Assembly (NCBI GenBank): GCA_963736855.1
Contig: CAVTQK010000009.1
Location: 192,001 to 256,000, forward strand
Source of the DNA: an uncultured delta proteobacterium
Lineage (GTDB): Bacteria > Desulfobacterota > Desulfobacteria > Desulfobacterales > UBA2156
DNA length: 64,000 nucleotides
Reading direction: 5' to 3'
Part shown: positions 1-11,274 of the stretch, piece after piece
Layout: each line of letters starts with the position of its first letter
Numbering within the stretch: the stretch's first letter is position 1
Notes under the pieces: model-generated
Database searches by the model: none
Told to the model about the DNA's origin: nothing
The model's input: the letters and a program-made list of their open reading frames with translations, nothing else
Program-made: the position numbers and the translations under genes

Positions 1-618
1 TGGGAAGAGCGAAACGTTTGGTTTTCCGACATTTGGACGGATCTAAAAGGGGCATCACAAGATCTTTTTGATAAAAATACCCGGAAACGCAGTGGGGCTT
101 TTCCTTTTGAGCTGCCCTACCGGCTGATCTCCATGTTCTCCGTCAAGGGAGATACGGTCCTGGATCCTTTCCTCGGTATCGGCACGACCCTTATGGCTGC
201 TATGGCTGCGGCTCGAAACAGCATCGGATACGAGTTCGACCACCATTTTCAAAAGGCAATCCGCTCCGGAATCGCAGGAATTGAAGACCTTGCAAACCGC
301 CGGATTCTGGAACGTCTTCGAAATCACATTCGATTTGTTGAAAACCGTTTAGAAGAAGGAAAATCCTTAAAGCACCAAAACGTGTATTACAGCTTTCCTG
401 TCATGACGCGGCAGGAAACCGAGCTGATCCTAAACGAGGTGGTCTTTGTAGAAAAATCGACCGGGAACCGCTTTGAAGTAGAGTATACAGATAAACCCAT
501 AGGTGATAACGAGGATGCGGCGGCATGGGAAAAACCCGGTATGGAGGGGAAAACTCTTAGCCTGTCAAGATCGAAATCAAATCGGTCCCGAACGCCGAAA
601 CAAAGATCTCTTTTTTAA
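1..618 (+). CDS. Site-specific DNA methyltransferase (N4/N6, beta-class), C-terminal part; 5' end is outside the window
   Basis: Frame is open from base 1 (WEERNVWFSDIW...AFPFELPYRLISMFS). SAM-binding motif I VLDPFLGIGTT followed by RNSIGYE. Confidence 0.85.
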   Translation, partial: WEERNVWFSDIWTDLKGASQDLFDKNTRKRSGAFPFELPYRLISMFSVKGDTVLDPFLGIGTTLMAAMAAARNSIGYEFDHHFQKAIRSGIAGIEDLANRRILERLRNHIRFVENRLEEGKSLKHQNVYYSFPVMTRQETELILNEVVFVEKSTGNRFEVEYTDKPIGDNEDAAAWEKPGMEGKTLSLSRSKSNRSRTPKQRSLF

Positions 619-845
619 TGCGGGGAAACGCCGGGGGGCTGCTTGGGGAGCATCATTTCCTCATGTATCTTTTTGGCACACGAGTAGCAGACCCAGTAAT
701 CGACATAACGGTTGCGACCGCTTGCTCCTTCTATAAAAGGTTGCCGGAGGATGTCCCCGACACTGATATGTTTTCCACAGGAGGGGCAAGAACCGGGCCA
801 GAAGGCGATTTTTCGAAGCATCTTATCATAAACGTTCTTTTTCAT
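615..845 (-). CDS. Small putative zinc-ribbon protein (76 aa)
   Basis: GGAGG RBS before ATG 845; CPSC and CYSC motif pair; stop overlaps the MTase stop. Confidence 0.6.
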   Translation of the reverse strand: MKKNVYDKMLRKIAFWPGSCPSCGKHISVGDILRQPFIEGASGRNRYVDYWVCYSCAKKIHEEMMLPKQPPGVSPH

Positions 846-1042
846 TTGAACCTCCGTCAAAACGGAGCATTGGTTTATCGGCCGTTCTTGCCTTGAGCAT
901 CTTTCTGAAATACTTTTACGGATATAAATACCGTATTATGGATCGGTAGTCAAATCCCTTTTTCAACCCTCTGGTTTTAAGAAATGAGCATGGAACCATA
1001 GTGCATAAGCCGTTCAAGAAAAATGACCTTTCCTTCACCCCC

Positions 1043-1070
1043 TTGACGTTTTAGGCGCCCTGCTGATAAA
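1043..1070 (+). promoter_or_regulatory. Putative sigma70 promoter of tauE
   Basis: TTGACG-N16-GATAAA, the same geometry as three other promoters in the window. Confidence 0.45.
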
Positions 1071-1130
1071 GGGTTCGAAGTAATTTTCACGATCTCTGCC
1101 GTCAAAATCTGATCTCTGGAAAGAACCGGG

Positions 1131-2093
1131 ATGCTTTTTCACACCTCCGGGGTTGAAGTCTCCGTTTGGGTGCCCCCTGTAATCGCGTTTGTGATTTCAT
1201 TTTTCACTTCCATGGGAGGTGTTTCCGGTGCCTTTCTCCTGTTGCCGTTTCAAATTTCGGTTTTAGGATATACCCATCCTTCAGTGAGCGCTACCAATCA
1301 GTTGTTCAACGTCGTGGCCATCCCCAGCGGCGTCTATCGGTATTGGAAAGAAGGGCGAATGGTCTGGCCGCTGGCCTGTGTGGTGGTGGCCGGAACCCTC
1401 CCCGGAGTTTTCATCGGCGCAGTCATCCGGGTGGCTTATTTTCCGGACCCGAAAAACTTCAAGATGTTTGCTGCAGGGGTCCTGCTCTATATCGGCCTTA
1501 AAATGGTATATGACCTGCTTCGAAAAAAGGGGGAAAGATCCGTCCAGGCTGTTCTTGAGGACCGCTTTCAAAAACAGGTTCGAAGCTTACGGAAAACAAC
1601 CGACACATCAGCGGAAACTCAAGAGGACTTTCGATCGGCTGTCCAGGTCACCCATTTCAACCTGAAGAGGCTCGAATATCTTTTTTATGGCCGGTCTTTC
1701 AATGTCTCTTTCTGGGGCATTTTTTTGCTCAGCCTTGTCGTCGGCATCGTCGGCGGCATTTACGGCATAGGCGGAGGAGCCATCATCGCCCCATTTTTCG
1801 TCACCTTTTTCGGCCTTCCGATCTACACCGTTGCAGGTGCCGCCCTGATGGGGACATTCGTAACCTCGGTTGCAGGTGTTGTATTCTACCAAGCCATAGC
1901 TCCGCTGTATCCGAACCTGTCGGTGGCCCCGGACTGGCCCCTAGGGGTCCTTTTCGGAATCGGAGGCATGGCCGGCATGTACCTGGGAGCCCGCTGCCAG
2001 AAATTCATTCCCGCCAAGGTCATCAAATGGATGCTGGCCGGCATCCTCCTGTTCACAGCGGCAAAGTATGTGGGGGGCTTTTTCGGAATTTAG
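1131..2093 (+). CDS. Sulfite exporter TauE/SafE family protein
   Basis: Multi-TM protein with SMGGVSGAFLLLP and GIYGIGGGAIIAP glycine-rich repeats. Confidence 0.9.
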   Translation: MLFHTSGVEVSVWVPPVIAFVISFFTSMGGVSGAFLLLPFQISVLGYTHPSVSATNQLFNVVAIPSGVYRYWKEGRMVWPLACVVVAGTLPGVFIGAVIRVAYFPDPKNFKMFAAGVLLYIGLKMVYDLLRKKGERSVQAVLEDRFQKQVRSLRKTTDTSAETQEDFRSAVQVTHFNLKRLEYLFYGRSFNVSFWGIFLLSLVVGIVGGIYGIGGGAIIAPFFVTFFGLPIYTVAGAALMGTFVTSVAGVVFYQAIAPLYPNLSVAPDWPLGVLFGIGGMAGMYLGARCQKFIPAKVIKWMLAGILLFTAAKYVGGFFGI

Positions 2094-2253
2094 AGGGCTT
2101 CCTTGCAGTCTTTTTAACCCCACCTCCGATGTTCGCCGCTTTTTCATATCTAGAGACCACGGTAGGGGAAATTCTGGAGCAAATCATCCGGATGGTGCCG
2201 CCTGCAGCAGGGGCCATTTTTTTACCCGGAGGGAAAGCCGAAGAAGTTTTGGG

Positions 2254-3789
2254 CTATCGGATCATGGCCTTTTCTATGCGGACCCACCATTGCCGCATTT
2301 CTTTTTTATCGGATACCTTTATCGCAGTGGCCACTCTATAGTAACCATTGGGGGCGATCTCTTGCTGGACCTGCATACGAACCTTGTCTTTTTCTTTCCA
2401 TCCTTTTGATAAAACGACGGTAAGATTGGATACGGCCACCGTGGTCGGGTTGTTGATGAAGACATGGATCCGACCATCCTTTTCTTCGAGATAAGACGTC
2501 AGGTAGCGATCCGGGTTTTTCGGAAGATCGAGTCTATGCAGCATCCCTTTCGCCTCCTGCCCAGCGGCAGATCGGGAACCTGCGGCTTTTTCGAAATTGT
2601 CGATGGCTTTTTGCACATCCCCTTCGGCAGCAAACATGCGTCCGAGGGATAAATGAGCATCGGCTGTGGGAAACAACTCGAGACTCTGTTGCAGGTCTTT
2701 TCGGGCAAAGATCTCATTTTTCATTGCCTCGTAAAGCTGACCCCGCTTGAGGTAATACCGGAAATAATTCGGGTCTTTTTCGACGGCGCTGTTGTAAGCA
2801 TTCAACGCACCGCCCTGATCTCCTTGAAGGAACAGCGACTCCCCGAAAAGACAATAAAACAGAGCTTCCCGCGGTTCCATTCGGATTGCCTCTTTCGCCG
2901 ATGAAAACGCTTCCGCAGGCCTTGATTGATGGATCGCCTTTACCCCTTTTTCGTACAGCGCATAGGCCGGCCGGACTTTCAACAGGAAAGCGGTTTTTTC
3001 TCGATAGCGCTCTGAACCGGTTTCACCATCCCCGAAAGATAGGTTGATAAGTCTTTCCCTGTTTTTGTCCACCCGTTCTTCCGAGGGCGGATGACTGGCA
3101 AAAAGGCCATCGAGCCAGTTGGATTTCTTCTCTTTGGACAGCTTCACGAATTTCTCCTGAAGATCCACGGCCGCCTTGGGGTCGTATCCGGCCCGGACCA
3201 TGTACAACATGGAGTAATGATCGGCTTCAAGTTCATCCTCGCGTGAGTATGTTTGTTTGATCAGGCTTGCGCCGACGACGGCGGACCCGACAGCCAACGC
3301 AGAAAAGTCACTGCTTCCGGCAGCGATAGCTACGATGGCCACAAGTCCTTGCAGGATCAGATGTCGCTCCGCACTTTTCGCACCGTGTCTGGCGGCCGCA
3401 TGTACGATCTCATGGGCAAGCACTGCCGCCAGCTCCGCCTCATTTTGCAGCTCCACCAGTAATCCCCTATTGATAGCGATCTTCCCCCCGGGAAGTGCCC
3501 AGGCATTTGGGGTTCCGTTATTGAGAATCGCGAATTCATAGGGGAGCTTACGATCGCTCACGGCCACGATCCTGTTGCCGACTTCGCTGACATACCGGTT
3601 GAGTTCGGGATCCAAAATATAGTCGCCACCCTGCATCTGCCGGGAAGGGGCGTACTGTTTTTGCCCGATGCCCATTTCCATCGATTCGGAAACCAGCACC
3701 AGTTCTCTGTTTTGCGTCACCGGATTGATGGCGCATCCGTTCGGAAAGAAAAGAATGAGGGCAAGAATCATCAGGCGGAATATTTTCAT
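2254..3789 (-). CDS. M48 family zinc metalloprotease with TPR repeats (BepA-like lipoprotein)
   Basis: NAWALPGG, HEIVH (HExxH), YSREDELEAD and SHP motifs; lipobox-like FPNG-C; AGGAG RBS before ATG 3789. Confidence 0.9.
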   Translation of the reverse strand: MKIFRLMILALILFFPNGCAINPVTQNRELVLVSESMEMGIGQKQYAPSRQMQGGDYILDPELNRYVSEVGNRIVAVSDRKLPYEFAILNNGTPNAWALPGGKIAINRGLLVELQNEAELAAVLAHEIVHAAARHGAKSAERHLILQGLVAIVAIAAGSSDFSALAVGSAVVGASLIKQTYSREDELEADHYSMLYMVRAGYDPKAAVDLQEKFVKLSKEKKSNWLDGLFASHPPSEERVDKNRERLINLSFGDGETGSERYREKTAFLLKVRPAYALYEKGVKAIHQSRPAEAFSSAKEAIRMEPREALFYCLFGESLFLQGDQGGALNAYNSAVEKDPNYFRYYLKRGQLYEAMKNEIFARKDLQQSLELFPTADAHLSLGRMFAAEGDVQKAIDNFEKAAGSRSAAGQEAKGMLHRLDLPKNPDRYLTSYLEEKDGRIHVFINNPTTVAVSNLTVVLSKGWKEKDKVRMQVQQEIAPNGYYRVATAIKVSDKKEMRQWWVRIEKAMIR

Positions 3790-4277
3790 GGTACTCCTGA
3801 CTATAACATCCCTTAATGGTTTGACTTTTCCCAAGAGGATGATTCTCGATGGCCATCCTTAACCATGCCTCACCCCTTGGGAGCGGAATTGCCTCAAGAG
3901 GACTGACTTTAATCCCTTACGATAGACATGACAATAAAAACAACCGTAAACCATGTGTTGTCATCAAACATTATATTATCAAATATAAATAATATAAATA
4001 GTAATGATACGTTCATTGACACTGATTCGTATGTGATTATTTTTCGCTCAAAAAGACAGGGAATTGCCCGATGCAAACGAATAGCCAAAGAAAGGTTTTA
4101 AAGAATTGATCAAGAAGGCGTATAATGGCCATTACCTATAAGGATTATTATAAAACACTGGGGATTTCCCAAAACGCTTCTCAGGAGGAAATCCAGCGCG
4201 CCTATCGGAAATTGGCCCGAAAATACCATCCGGACATCAACAAGGCCCGGCGAGCTTGATCATTGGAGGAGATTACA

Positions 4278-6905
4278 ATGGACATGAACAAACTGACCGT
4301 AAAATGTCAGGAAGCACTTCAAGCGGCTCACACAAAAGCGGTCCGCTTCAACCACCATGAAGTGGACGGCGAGCATCTGCTCCTTGCGCTGTTGGAACAA
4401 ACGGACGGATTGGTCCCCCGTCTTCTGAAACGCATGGAAATTCCGGAGACGGATGTTCGACGGCGGCTTGAGCAGGAACTGGACAAAAAACCCAGGATCA
4501 GCGGACCCGGAATCGAACCGGGGAAGGTATATATCACCCAGAGACTGAGCCGACTGCTGGTGCAAGCCCAAAACGAAGCCGACAGCCTGAAAGATGAATA
4601 CGTCTCTGTTGAGCATATCCTTTTGGCCTTCATAGAAGAAGGGAAAAAGACAGCCTCCGGTAAGATCCTTACTGAATTCGGCATCACGCGGGAATTGTTG
4701 CTTAAAACGTTGACCGCTATCCGAGGCCACCAGCGCGTGACAAGCGCTGATCCTGAAGGGACTTACGAGGCGCTGCAGAAATATGGACGGGACCTGGTCG
4801 AAGAGGCCCGATCCGCCAAGCTGGATCCGGTGATCGGGAGGGACGGCGAGATTCGGCGCGTGATCAGAATCCTTTCCCGAAAAACCAAGAATAATCCGGT
4901 TCTGATCGGTGAGCCGGGTGTCGGGAAAACCGCCATCGTCGAAGGACTGGCCCATCGGATCGTTCGCCAGGACGTCCCGGAAGGCTTAAAAAACAAGACC
5001 ATCTTCGCCCTGGACATGGGGGCCCTGGTGGCCGGCGCCAAGTTCCGCGGCGAATTCGAGGAGCGTCTGAAGGCGGTCTTAAAGGACATCAAGGAATCCG
5101 AGGGAAGGATTCTGCTTTTCATCGATGAGCTGCACACCATTGTAGGGGCCGGCAAAGCCGAAGGCGCCATCGATGCCGGCAACATGCTCAAACCCATGCT
5201 GGCGAGAGGCGAACTCCATTGTATCGGAGCCACGACTCTGGATGAGTATCGGAAATACATCGAAAAAGACAAAGCTTTGGAACGACGGTTTCAGCCGATC
5301 GTGGTGGATGAGCCCTCGGTGGAAGATACCATCTCCATCCTGCGCGGGCTGAAAGAACGTTACGAAGTGCACCACGGAGTGAAAATTCAGGATAGCGCCT
5401 TGGTCACTGCTGCGGTCTTGTCCAATCGGTACATCAGCGACCGCTTCCTTCCGGATAAAGCCATTGATCTGGTGGATGAAGCCTGCGCCATGATCCGAAC
5501 CGAAATCGACTCCATGCCCACGGAACTGGACGAGGTGTCCCGAAGAATCATGCAACTGGAAATCGAAGAAGCCGCCCTTAAAAAAGAGACGGATCGTTCC
5601 AGCCACGAGCGTTTGAAGGCTCTCCAAAAAGAACTGGCCGACCTCAGGGAAAAAGCCCATGGGATGCGTGCACAGTGGGACATTGAAAAAGAAGCCATTA
5701 AAAAGATCCAGGTCATCCGGGAGGAAATCGAAAAGATGCGCCATGACCTCGAGATGGCTGAACGCAGCTACGACTTGAACCGCGCCGCGGAATTGCGGCA
5801 CGGCAAGCTTCCGGAGTTGGAGCGTAACCTGAAGGCAGAAGAAGAAAAACTGGCCGAAAAGGAGACCGGAGAGCGGTTGCTTCGGGAGGAAGTGACCGAA
5901 GAAGAGATTGCGGAAATCATTTCGCGCTGGACCGGCATCCCGGTTGCCCGCCTCATGGAAGGCGAGCGCCAGAAGATCCTCCGCCTCGATGAGGTGTTGC
6001 ACGAGCGTGTCATCGGACAGGATGAGGCGGTCCAACTGGTGGCAGATGCGGTGATCCGTGCTCGTTCCGGTGTCAAGGATCCCCGAAGACCCATCGGAAC
6101 CTTCATCTTCCTGGGTCCTACGGGCGTCGGAAAGACGGAACTGGCTAAAACACTGGCCGAAGCCTTGTTTGATACCGAAGAGAACATGATTCGGATTGAC
6201 ATGAGTGAATACATGGAAAAGCATACCGTTGCCCGGCTGATCGGCGCACCCCCGGGGTATGTGGGGTTCGAGGAAGGCGGACAGTTGACCGAGGCCGTGC
6301 GAAGAAAACCTTATTCCGTGATTCTCTTTGACGAAATCGAAAAGGCGCACCAAGATGTCTTCAATGTGCTGCTCCAGATTTTTGACGATGGCCGGCTCAC
6401 GGACGGTCAAGGCCGCACGGTCGATTTCAAAAACGCCGTCATCATCATGACCAGCAATATCGGGTCGCATCATCTCCTGGAAGGGATTACCGAAAGCGGA
6501 ACCATCAAAAAGGGGGTGGAAAGCCGGGTGATGAGCGAACTCCGCCATCATTTCCGTCCGGAATTCCTCAACCGCGTCGATGACATCGTGATGTTCAAAC
6601 CGCTGACTCTCGAAGAAGTGCAACGGATCGTAACCTTGCTGACCCGGGATCTTTCCAAGCGGCTCAAAGATCGAAATGTGGCCGTTGAAATTACGGATAC
6701 CGCCCGGGAATTCATCGCAAAAACCGGCTACGATCCGGTTTACGGTGCGCGACCCTTGCGACGATACATTCAACGGGAGCTGGAGACGCGCATTGGCCGG
6801 GCTCTCATTGCCGGAGACATCCCCGAAGGAGCCGTCATCAGGGTGGACATGAAAAACGACGCGCTGACTGTCAGCCACGCAGTCAAGCCTCCGGAGCAAT
6901 CGTGA
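4278..6905 (+). CDS. clpB: ATP-dependent chaperone ClpB
   Basis: Two Walker A motifs ([16 protein letters not shown]) and a coiled-coil middle domain; GGAGGAG RBS before ATG 4278. Confidence 0.97.
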   Translation: MDMNKLTVKCQEALQAAHTKAVRFNHHEVDGEHLLLALLEQTDGLVPRLLKRMEIPETDVRRRLEQELDKKPRISGPGIEPGKVYITQRLSRLLVQAQNEADSLKDEYVSVEHILLAFIEEGKKTASGKILTEFGITRELLLKTLTAIRGHQRVTSADPEGTYEALQKYGRDLVEEARSAKLDPVIGRDGEIRRVIRILSRKTKNNPVLIGEPGVGKTAIVEGLAHRIVRQDVPEGLKNKTIFALDMGALVAGAKFRGEFEERLKAVLKDIKESEGRILLFIDELHTIVGAGKAEGAIDAGNMLKPMLARGELHCIGATTLDEYRKYIEKDKALERRFQPIVVDEPSVEDTISILRGLKERYEVHHGVKIQDSALVTAAVLSNRYISDRFLPDKAIDLVDEACAMIRTEIDSMPTELDEVSRRIMQLEIEEAALKKETDRSSHERLKALQKELADLREKAHGMRAQWDIEKEAIKKIQVIREEIEKMRHDLEMAERSYDLNRAAELRHGKLPELERNLKAEEEKLAEKETGERLLREEVTEEEIAEIISRWTGIPVARLMEGERQKILRLDEVLHERVIGQDEAVQLVADAVIRARSGVKDPRRPIGTFIFLGPTGVGKTELAKTLAEALFDTEENMIRIDMSEYMEKHTVARLIGAPPGYVGFEEGGQLTEAVRRKPYSVILFDEIEKAHQDVFNVLLQIFDDGRLTDGQGRTVDFKNAVIIMTSNIGSHHLLEGITESGTIKKGVESRVMSELRHHFRPEFLNRVDDIVMFKPLTLEEVQRIVTLLTRDLSKRLKDRNVAVEITDTAREFIAKTGYDPVYGARPLRRYIQRELETRIGRALIAGDIPEGAVIRVDMKNDALTVSHAVKPPEQS

Positions 6906-6949
6906 CTTCAAGACCAGGCTTTACCGTCCGATAGATCGAGGATCCCGAC

Positions 6950-8632
6950 ATGACTGCATCACACCGTGATCCGAAAAAGAGAATATTTCCTGGAAATTTT
7001 TGGCGCTGGCTGACTCAGGATTTTTTCGGCATTTTCCGGGAAATGCGGACAAGCTATATTCCACCGCTTATGGTGTACCTGGCCGCCGGAGTCTCGGGCT
7101 TCACGGGAATCATCGAGAGTTTCTACGTCAAAGAGGAATTGGGGCTTTCCGCCGCCTTCTTAGCCGGACTGGGGTTCTGGGCCGGTCTTCCCTGGGCTCT
7201 GAAAATGCCGCTGGGCCACCTGGTCGATCTGTTTTGGCATCGAAAAGCCCTTTTTGTTTATCTGGGCGCCCTGCTCATGGCCATAAGCCTTATTATCATG
7301 CTGGGTTTGACCGGGTACAAGACGTGGATGGAAGCGATGCTGCCGGCCGGGACATGGTACGTCCTCGCGGTGCTCTTGTCTCCTGTCGGATACGTATTGC
7401 AGGACGTCGTCGCCGATGCAATGACCGTGGAAGCCGTTCCTCGGTTCCAATCGGACGGCACGGCATTTCCGGATTCCGAGCTGCAACGGATGCATATCAC
7501 CGTGCAGACGCTGGGACGGATCGCGATCCTCGGAGGAAGCGCAGCGGTAGCCGGTCTGGGAGGATGGCTGGCCAAAACTCTTTCTTACTCAGCCATGTAT
7601 CGGATTTCCCTGATCATCCCGGTGATCTCCGTGGTGGGTGTGCTATTCGGAGGCCTGATGGTGAACATGCAGCGCAGAGCATTTCAACGCAAAGGGTTTT
7701 CCGAAACGGACATCTTTAAGATGATGCGGCCGGAAAAGACCGACTTAAAACCGAGCATTTCCATATTGGGGGGAAGCGGCATTTTTATTCTCATGACTTT
7801 ATCCATCGGGCTTTCCGGACTCCCTCTGAAAGAAGAAATCATCTTCTTCGGTTCTCTGCTGATCATCGGATACCTTATCCACCAGCTGCTCCAGCCCCTT
7901 GAAACCGAAAAGCGCCGGGAGATCATCGGTATCGCAGTGATCGTCTTTGTCTTTCGGGCCATGCCCACCCTCGGGGCCGGTGCGTCCTGGTGGGAGATCG
8001 ACGCGCTGGGATTCGACGAAGCATTTTTCGGTACCCTGCGCCAGGTCTCGTCGCTGTTGGCCATCATGGGAATGTTTGCCCTGCGGGCCTGGATGAGCAG
8101 GCGGCCGATACCTTATCTGGTCGTGTTCCTGTCCATATACAGTACCGTCATGTTTCTCCCTTATGTGGGAATGTTTTACGGCATGCATGAGTGGACCGAG
8201 GCGCATCTTGGATTCGGCGCGCAAACCATCGCCATCGTGGATACCATGGCCGACTCCCCCCTGGGGCAGGTCGCCATGATCCCCATGCTGGCCTGGATCG
8301 CCAAGGAAGCTCCTGAAAATCAAAAAGCCACGTACTTTGCCATCATGGCGGCGTTCACAAACCTGGCTCTTTCCGGCAGTCAACTGTTCACTCAGGCGCT
8401 GAATACCGTGTTCGTAATCGAACGCGGCCGGTATGCTGAATTGGGCACGCTGATGTTAATCGTCCTCGCCATCGGACTGATCGTCCCCATCGTCACGGTG
8501 TTCTTTTTCAATCCCAGCTCTAAGAAACTCTCAACTGCTCAATGCATGAAACCATGGACATCCCTTATTACGATTCTTACGACCGGCGATAAAATATCTC
8601 AACGCATTGACATCGCTAAACAATCGGAATAA
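6950..8632 (+). CDS. MFS-like membrane transporter, folate-biopterin transporter (BT1)-like
   Basis: About 12 TM segments; PWALKMPLGHLVD and QDVVADAMTVE motifs typical of BT1/FBT. Confidence 0.7.
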   Translation: MTASHRDPKKRIFPGNFWRWLTQDFFGIFREMRTSYIPPLMVYLAAGVSGFTGIIESFYVKEELGLSAAFLAGLGFWAGLPWALKMPLGHLVDLFWHRKALFVYLGALLMAISLIIMLGLTGYKTWMEAMLPAGTWYVLAVLLSPVGYVLQDVVADAMTVEAVPRFQSDGTAFPDSELQRMHITVQTLGRIAILGGSAAVAGLGGWLAKTLSYSAMYRISLIIPVISVVGVLFGGLMVNMQRRAFQRKGFSETDIFKMMRPEKTDLKPSISILGGSGIFILMTLSIGLSGLPLKEEIIFFGSLLIIGYLIHQLLQPLETEKRREIIGIAVIVFVFRAMPTLGAGASWWEIDALGFDEAFFGTLRQVSSLLAIMGMFALRAWMSRRPIPYLVVFLSIYSTVMFLPYVGMFYGMHEWTEAHLGFGAQTIAIVDTMADSPLGQVAMIPMLAWIAKEAPENQKATYFAIMAAFTNLALSGSQLFTQALNTVFVIERGRYAELGTLMLIVLAIGLIVPIVTVFFFNPSSKKLSTAQCMKPWTSLITILTTGDKISQRIDIAKQSE

Positions 8633-8780
8633 TATCAATTCAAAATCAATCTCAAACAGATCTGCGTAGCAGCTCTTTTTCTTCCAGCTACATTCAAAAA
8701 GGCACCAAACGCCTTCCTGAAGCTCTCCGGATTTCCACTGCTATTTGGTGTGTGTTTTTCAAAACTGAAAGGAGGGTTAT

Positions 8781-9728
8781 ATGAAGATAAGAGTGACGCC
8801 ATTGTTCATTTTAAGCCTGCTTTTTTCGATGATCCCCGGCATCGAATCGGCATTTGGGCGGGGGTTTGTTTCCAATCAGACAGGAAACTACCTTTCGGTT
8901 TTTGAAACACCCGGGAATACGATTGTCGCTCAAATCCCGATAGGGAGCGGTCCGAACTTTTTGGACATCACCCCGTCTCATTCAAAGGTATTTATCGCCA
9001 ACCGGGATTCAGGAAATATCTCGATCGTTGAGACAACCGGCTATTCCGTCATCGGAACCGTCTCCGTGGGCTTATATCCTTACAGTGTGGCGATATCGAC
9101 GGATGGATCATGGCTTTACGCGAGCTGCTGGATGGGCGGGTTATATGGCATTCATACCGCAGACCACGGCGTCTATTTCAATATCGACGGCGGTTATGGC
9201 TACTCGGATTTGGAGGTCTCTCCAACCGGAAACCCGCTTTATATTGCCGATGCGGGAAGCAATGCCGTCGTCGTTTTCGACACGGCCGCACGATCCGTTT
9301 CAGGACGAATCCCAGCCGGGCAGGGTACAATGGGAATCGCCATCAACCCGACCGGAACCCGCGTATATGCCATCAATAATGGGGATTCTTCCGTAACCGT
9401 CATCGACACCGCCTCGAATTCCGCCATCGCCACAGTCGGAGTCGGCAAATGCCCGATTGACGGAGTAGTCCATCCGTCTGGGAGTCCCGTCTATGTGACC
9501 AACGGAGACAGCGGCACCATATCGGTTATTGACGCCATCAACAATACCGCAACCTCCGAAATTCCTGTTGGAGTCGCACCAAAAGGACTCGATATCACCC
9601 GGGACGGAACGCTGCTTTATGTCGCTGTCGCAGGCGATGGTGTAGCCGTCATCGACACGGCCACGCTCCAGGTGCTTCGCAATATTCCCGTCGGGAGCGG
9701 CTCGGTAGGGGTTGTGCTTGAAAAATGA
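8781..9728 (+). CDS. Secreted YVTN/YncE-type beta-propeller protein
   Basis: Signal peptide; repeated YVTN-like ...ISVID...IPVG.P.G..I units; AAGGAGG RBS. Confidence 0.9.
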   Translation: MKIRVTPLFILSLLFSMIPGIESAFGRGFVSNQTGNYLSVFETPGNTIVAQIPIGSGPNFLDITPSHSKVFIANRDSGNISIVETTGYSVIGTVSVGLYPYSVAISTDGSWLYASCWMGGLYGIHTADHGVYFNIDGGYGYSDLEVSPTGNPLYIADAGSNAVVVFDTAARSVSGRIPAGQGTMGIAINPTGTRVYAINNGDSSVTVIDTASNSAIATVGVGKCPIDGVVHPSGSPVYVTNGDSGTISVIDAINNTATSEIPVGVAPKGLDITRDGTLLYVAVAGDGVAVIDTATLQVLRNIPVGSGSVGVVLEK

Positions 9729-9951
9729 TGTAAACCTAAATTGAACGTTTTCAATTTAGCAAAAAAGAATTGTGTTTGAATATCCTTTTCTTGGAACGGA
9801 GTTGAGCATTCGAGTAGCCCACTCGTCGGGTGTACTATAAAAGGCATGCAGTGGAATGATTTGCCAAATTGAAAACCCTTTGGGATTGCGGAATGAAATG
9901 GTGTTCTGAGGAAACGGGTTTTCGACGCATACGAATCGCTTTGTACAGGTG

Positions 9952-10452
9952 CTATTGATCTGATGTCATGAGTACGCGACCCCGAGAGGTGAAAGAAACG
10001 CCTTGCTGAGATTGGGTTCCGATCATGATGCATTCAACGATAGGTGGATTTACTTTCTTTTCGGACTTCCACTCAACCATAAAATTTGCACCGGATCCCC
10101 CGGCCTTATCTCTTTCCGCTATGACATAACGTATCGATCCAAGTGGATCTAAAGAAACCGGGTTTTCGAGATATTTTTTTAAGAGCTTCCCCTGCGTATC
10201 ATAGTAATCGACCAAGGTGATATGGATAGATCCTTTTGGATCAATATTTCGAATGCTAAGTGTTACCGCCAATAAAAAAGGTATTTCACGATCGCCGCTG
10301 TAGATATGGGAATAAGCTGGAACATAAATCTTCTGTCCGTCGGATAACCCTTTTACCTCATTAGCGTCTAAAGACATGGGATAAAAAAACAAAGGGCGAA
10401 CAAAAAAAGCCGGCAAGCAAAAGGATAAGGCTTTTTCATACTTTTTCTCCAT
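9952..10452 (-). CDS. DUF3124 family protein
   Basis: YVPAYSHIY, TLSIRN, YYDTQG and GGSGANF motifs. Confidence 0.85.
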   Translation of the reverse strand: MEKKYEKALSFCLPAFFVRPLFFYPMSLDANEVKGLSDGQKIYVPAYSHIYSGDREIPFLLAVTLSIRNIDPKGSIHITLVDYYDTQGKLLKKYLENPVSLDPLGSIRYVIAERDKAGGSGANFMVEWKSEKKVNPPIVECIMIGTQSQQGVSFTSRGRVLMTSDQ

Positions 10453-10647
10453 TTTTACTTATTATATCTCTCGATAAACGAGGATGCGGATTCGCGGAGG
10501 TCATATTTACCAAGTGCTGCATTGTTCTAAATTTATAAAGGAAAGTTTTTTCGATGTCAAAATTTTTATATTTTGAAAGGGATGAAGGGATTTGGAAAAT
10601 CCCGATTTGAAAGAAGCTACTGTGGTTCGATCAAAGCGAAGCTCGCT

Positions 10648-11271
10648 TTATGTTTTCAGTTGCCCAATCCGTCTCATCAGCTCTTCGACAAGAGCGAGAT
10701 CCTTTTGTCCCGGACGCTTTTCGACACCGCTGTTGACATCAACGGCATAGGGTCTGACCATCCGAACGGCTTGTTGAATGTTTTCAGGGGTCAGCCCGCC
10801 TGATAGAATGATCGGGATACCATGTTTCCGGGCTTTAACGGCGAGCTTCCAGTCGAAGGTTTCCCCGGTACCCCCCATTTTTACACTGTGGTAGGTGTCC
10901 AATACAGCTCCTTTGACAACCCCGCGGTAAGAATTTATCGCTGAAAGGCTTGAGGGGTTCTGTATCCGAAATGCCTTGATTGCCGAAAAAGGCAGATTGC
11001 GACAATAATCGGGGGTTTCTTCTCCATGAAGCTGAACCAGATCCAGACCACAGAATGTCGCAATATCGAGAAGCGTCCTGGGCCGCTCATCCACAAAGAC
11101 TCCTACAGACCGGACAAACGGCGGGAGGTTATCGATGATCGCCTTCGCTTTTTCCGGAGACACCCGCCGGGGGCTTTCGGCGAATATGAATCCCAGTGCG
11201 TCGACTCCGCAGCGCACGGCCCATAACGCATCCCGGATGCGGGTGATCCCGCAGATTTTGACTCTGACCAT
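10648..11271 (-). CDS. trpF: Phosphoribosylanthranilate isomerase
   Basis: VKICGIT, VQLHGEE, GGTGETFDW and DVNSGVE motifs. Confidence 0.97.
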   Translation of the reverse strand: MVRVKICGITRIRDALWAVRCGVDALGFIFAESPRRVSPEKAKAIIDNLPPFVRSVGVFVDERPRTLLDIATFCGLDLVQLHGEETPDYCRNLPFSAIKAFRIQNPSSLSAINSYRGVVKGAVLDTYHSVKMGGTGETFDWKLAVKARKHGIPIILSGGLTPENIQQAVRMVRPYAVDVNSGVEKRPGQKDLALVEELMRRIGQLKT

Positions 11272-11274
11272 ACC

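Noticed and set aside
3860..4270. Heat-shock operator (CIRCE/HAIR) upstream of clpB
   Set aside because: AT-rich region, but no TTAGCACTC-N9-GAGTGCTAA or other convincing palindrome found.
5079..6911. 610-aa ORF antisense to clpB
   Set aside because: Shadow ORF produced by the codon bias of a conserved gene; no recognisable motifs.
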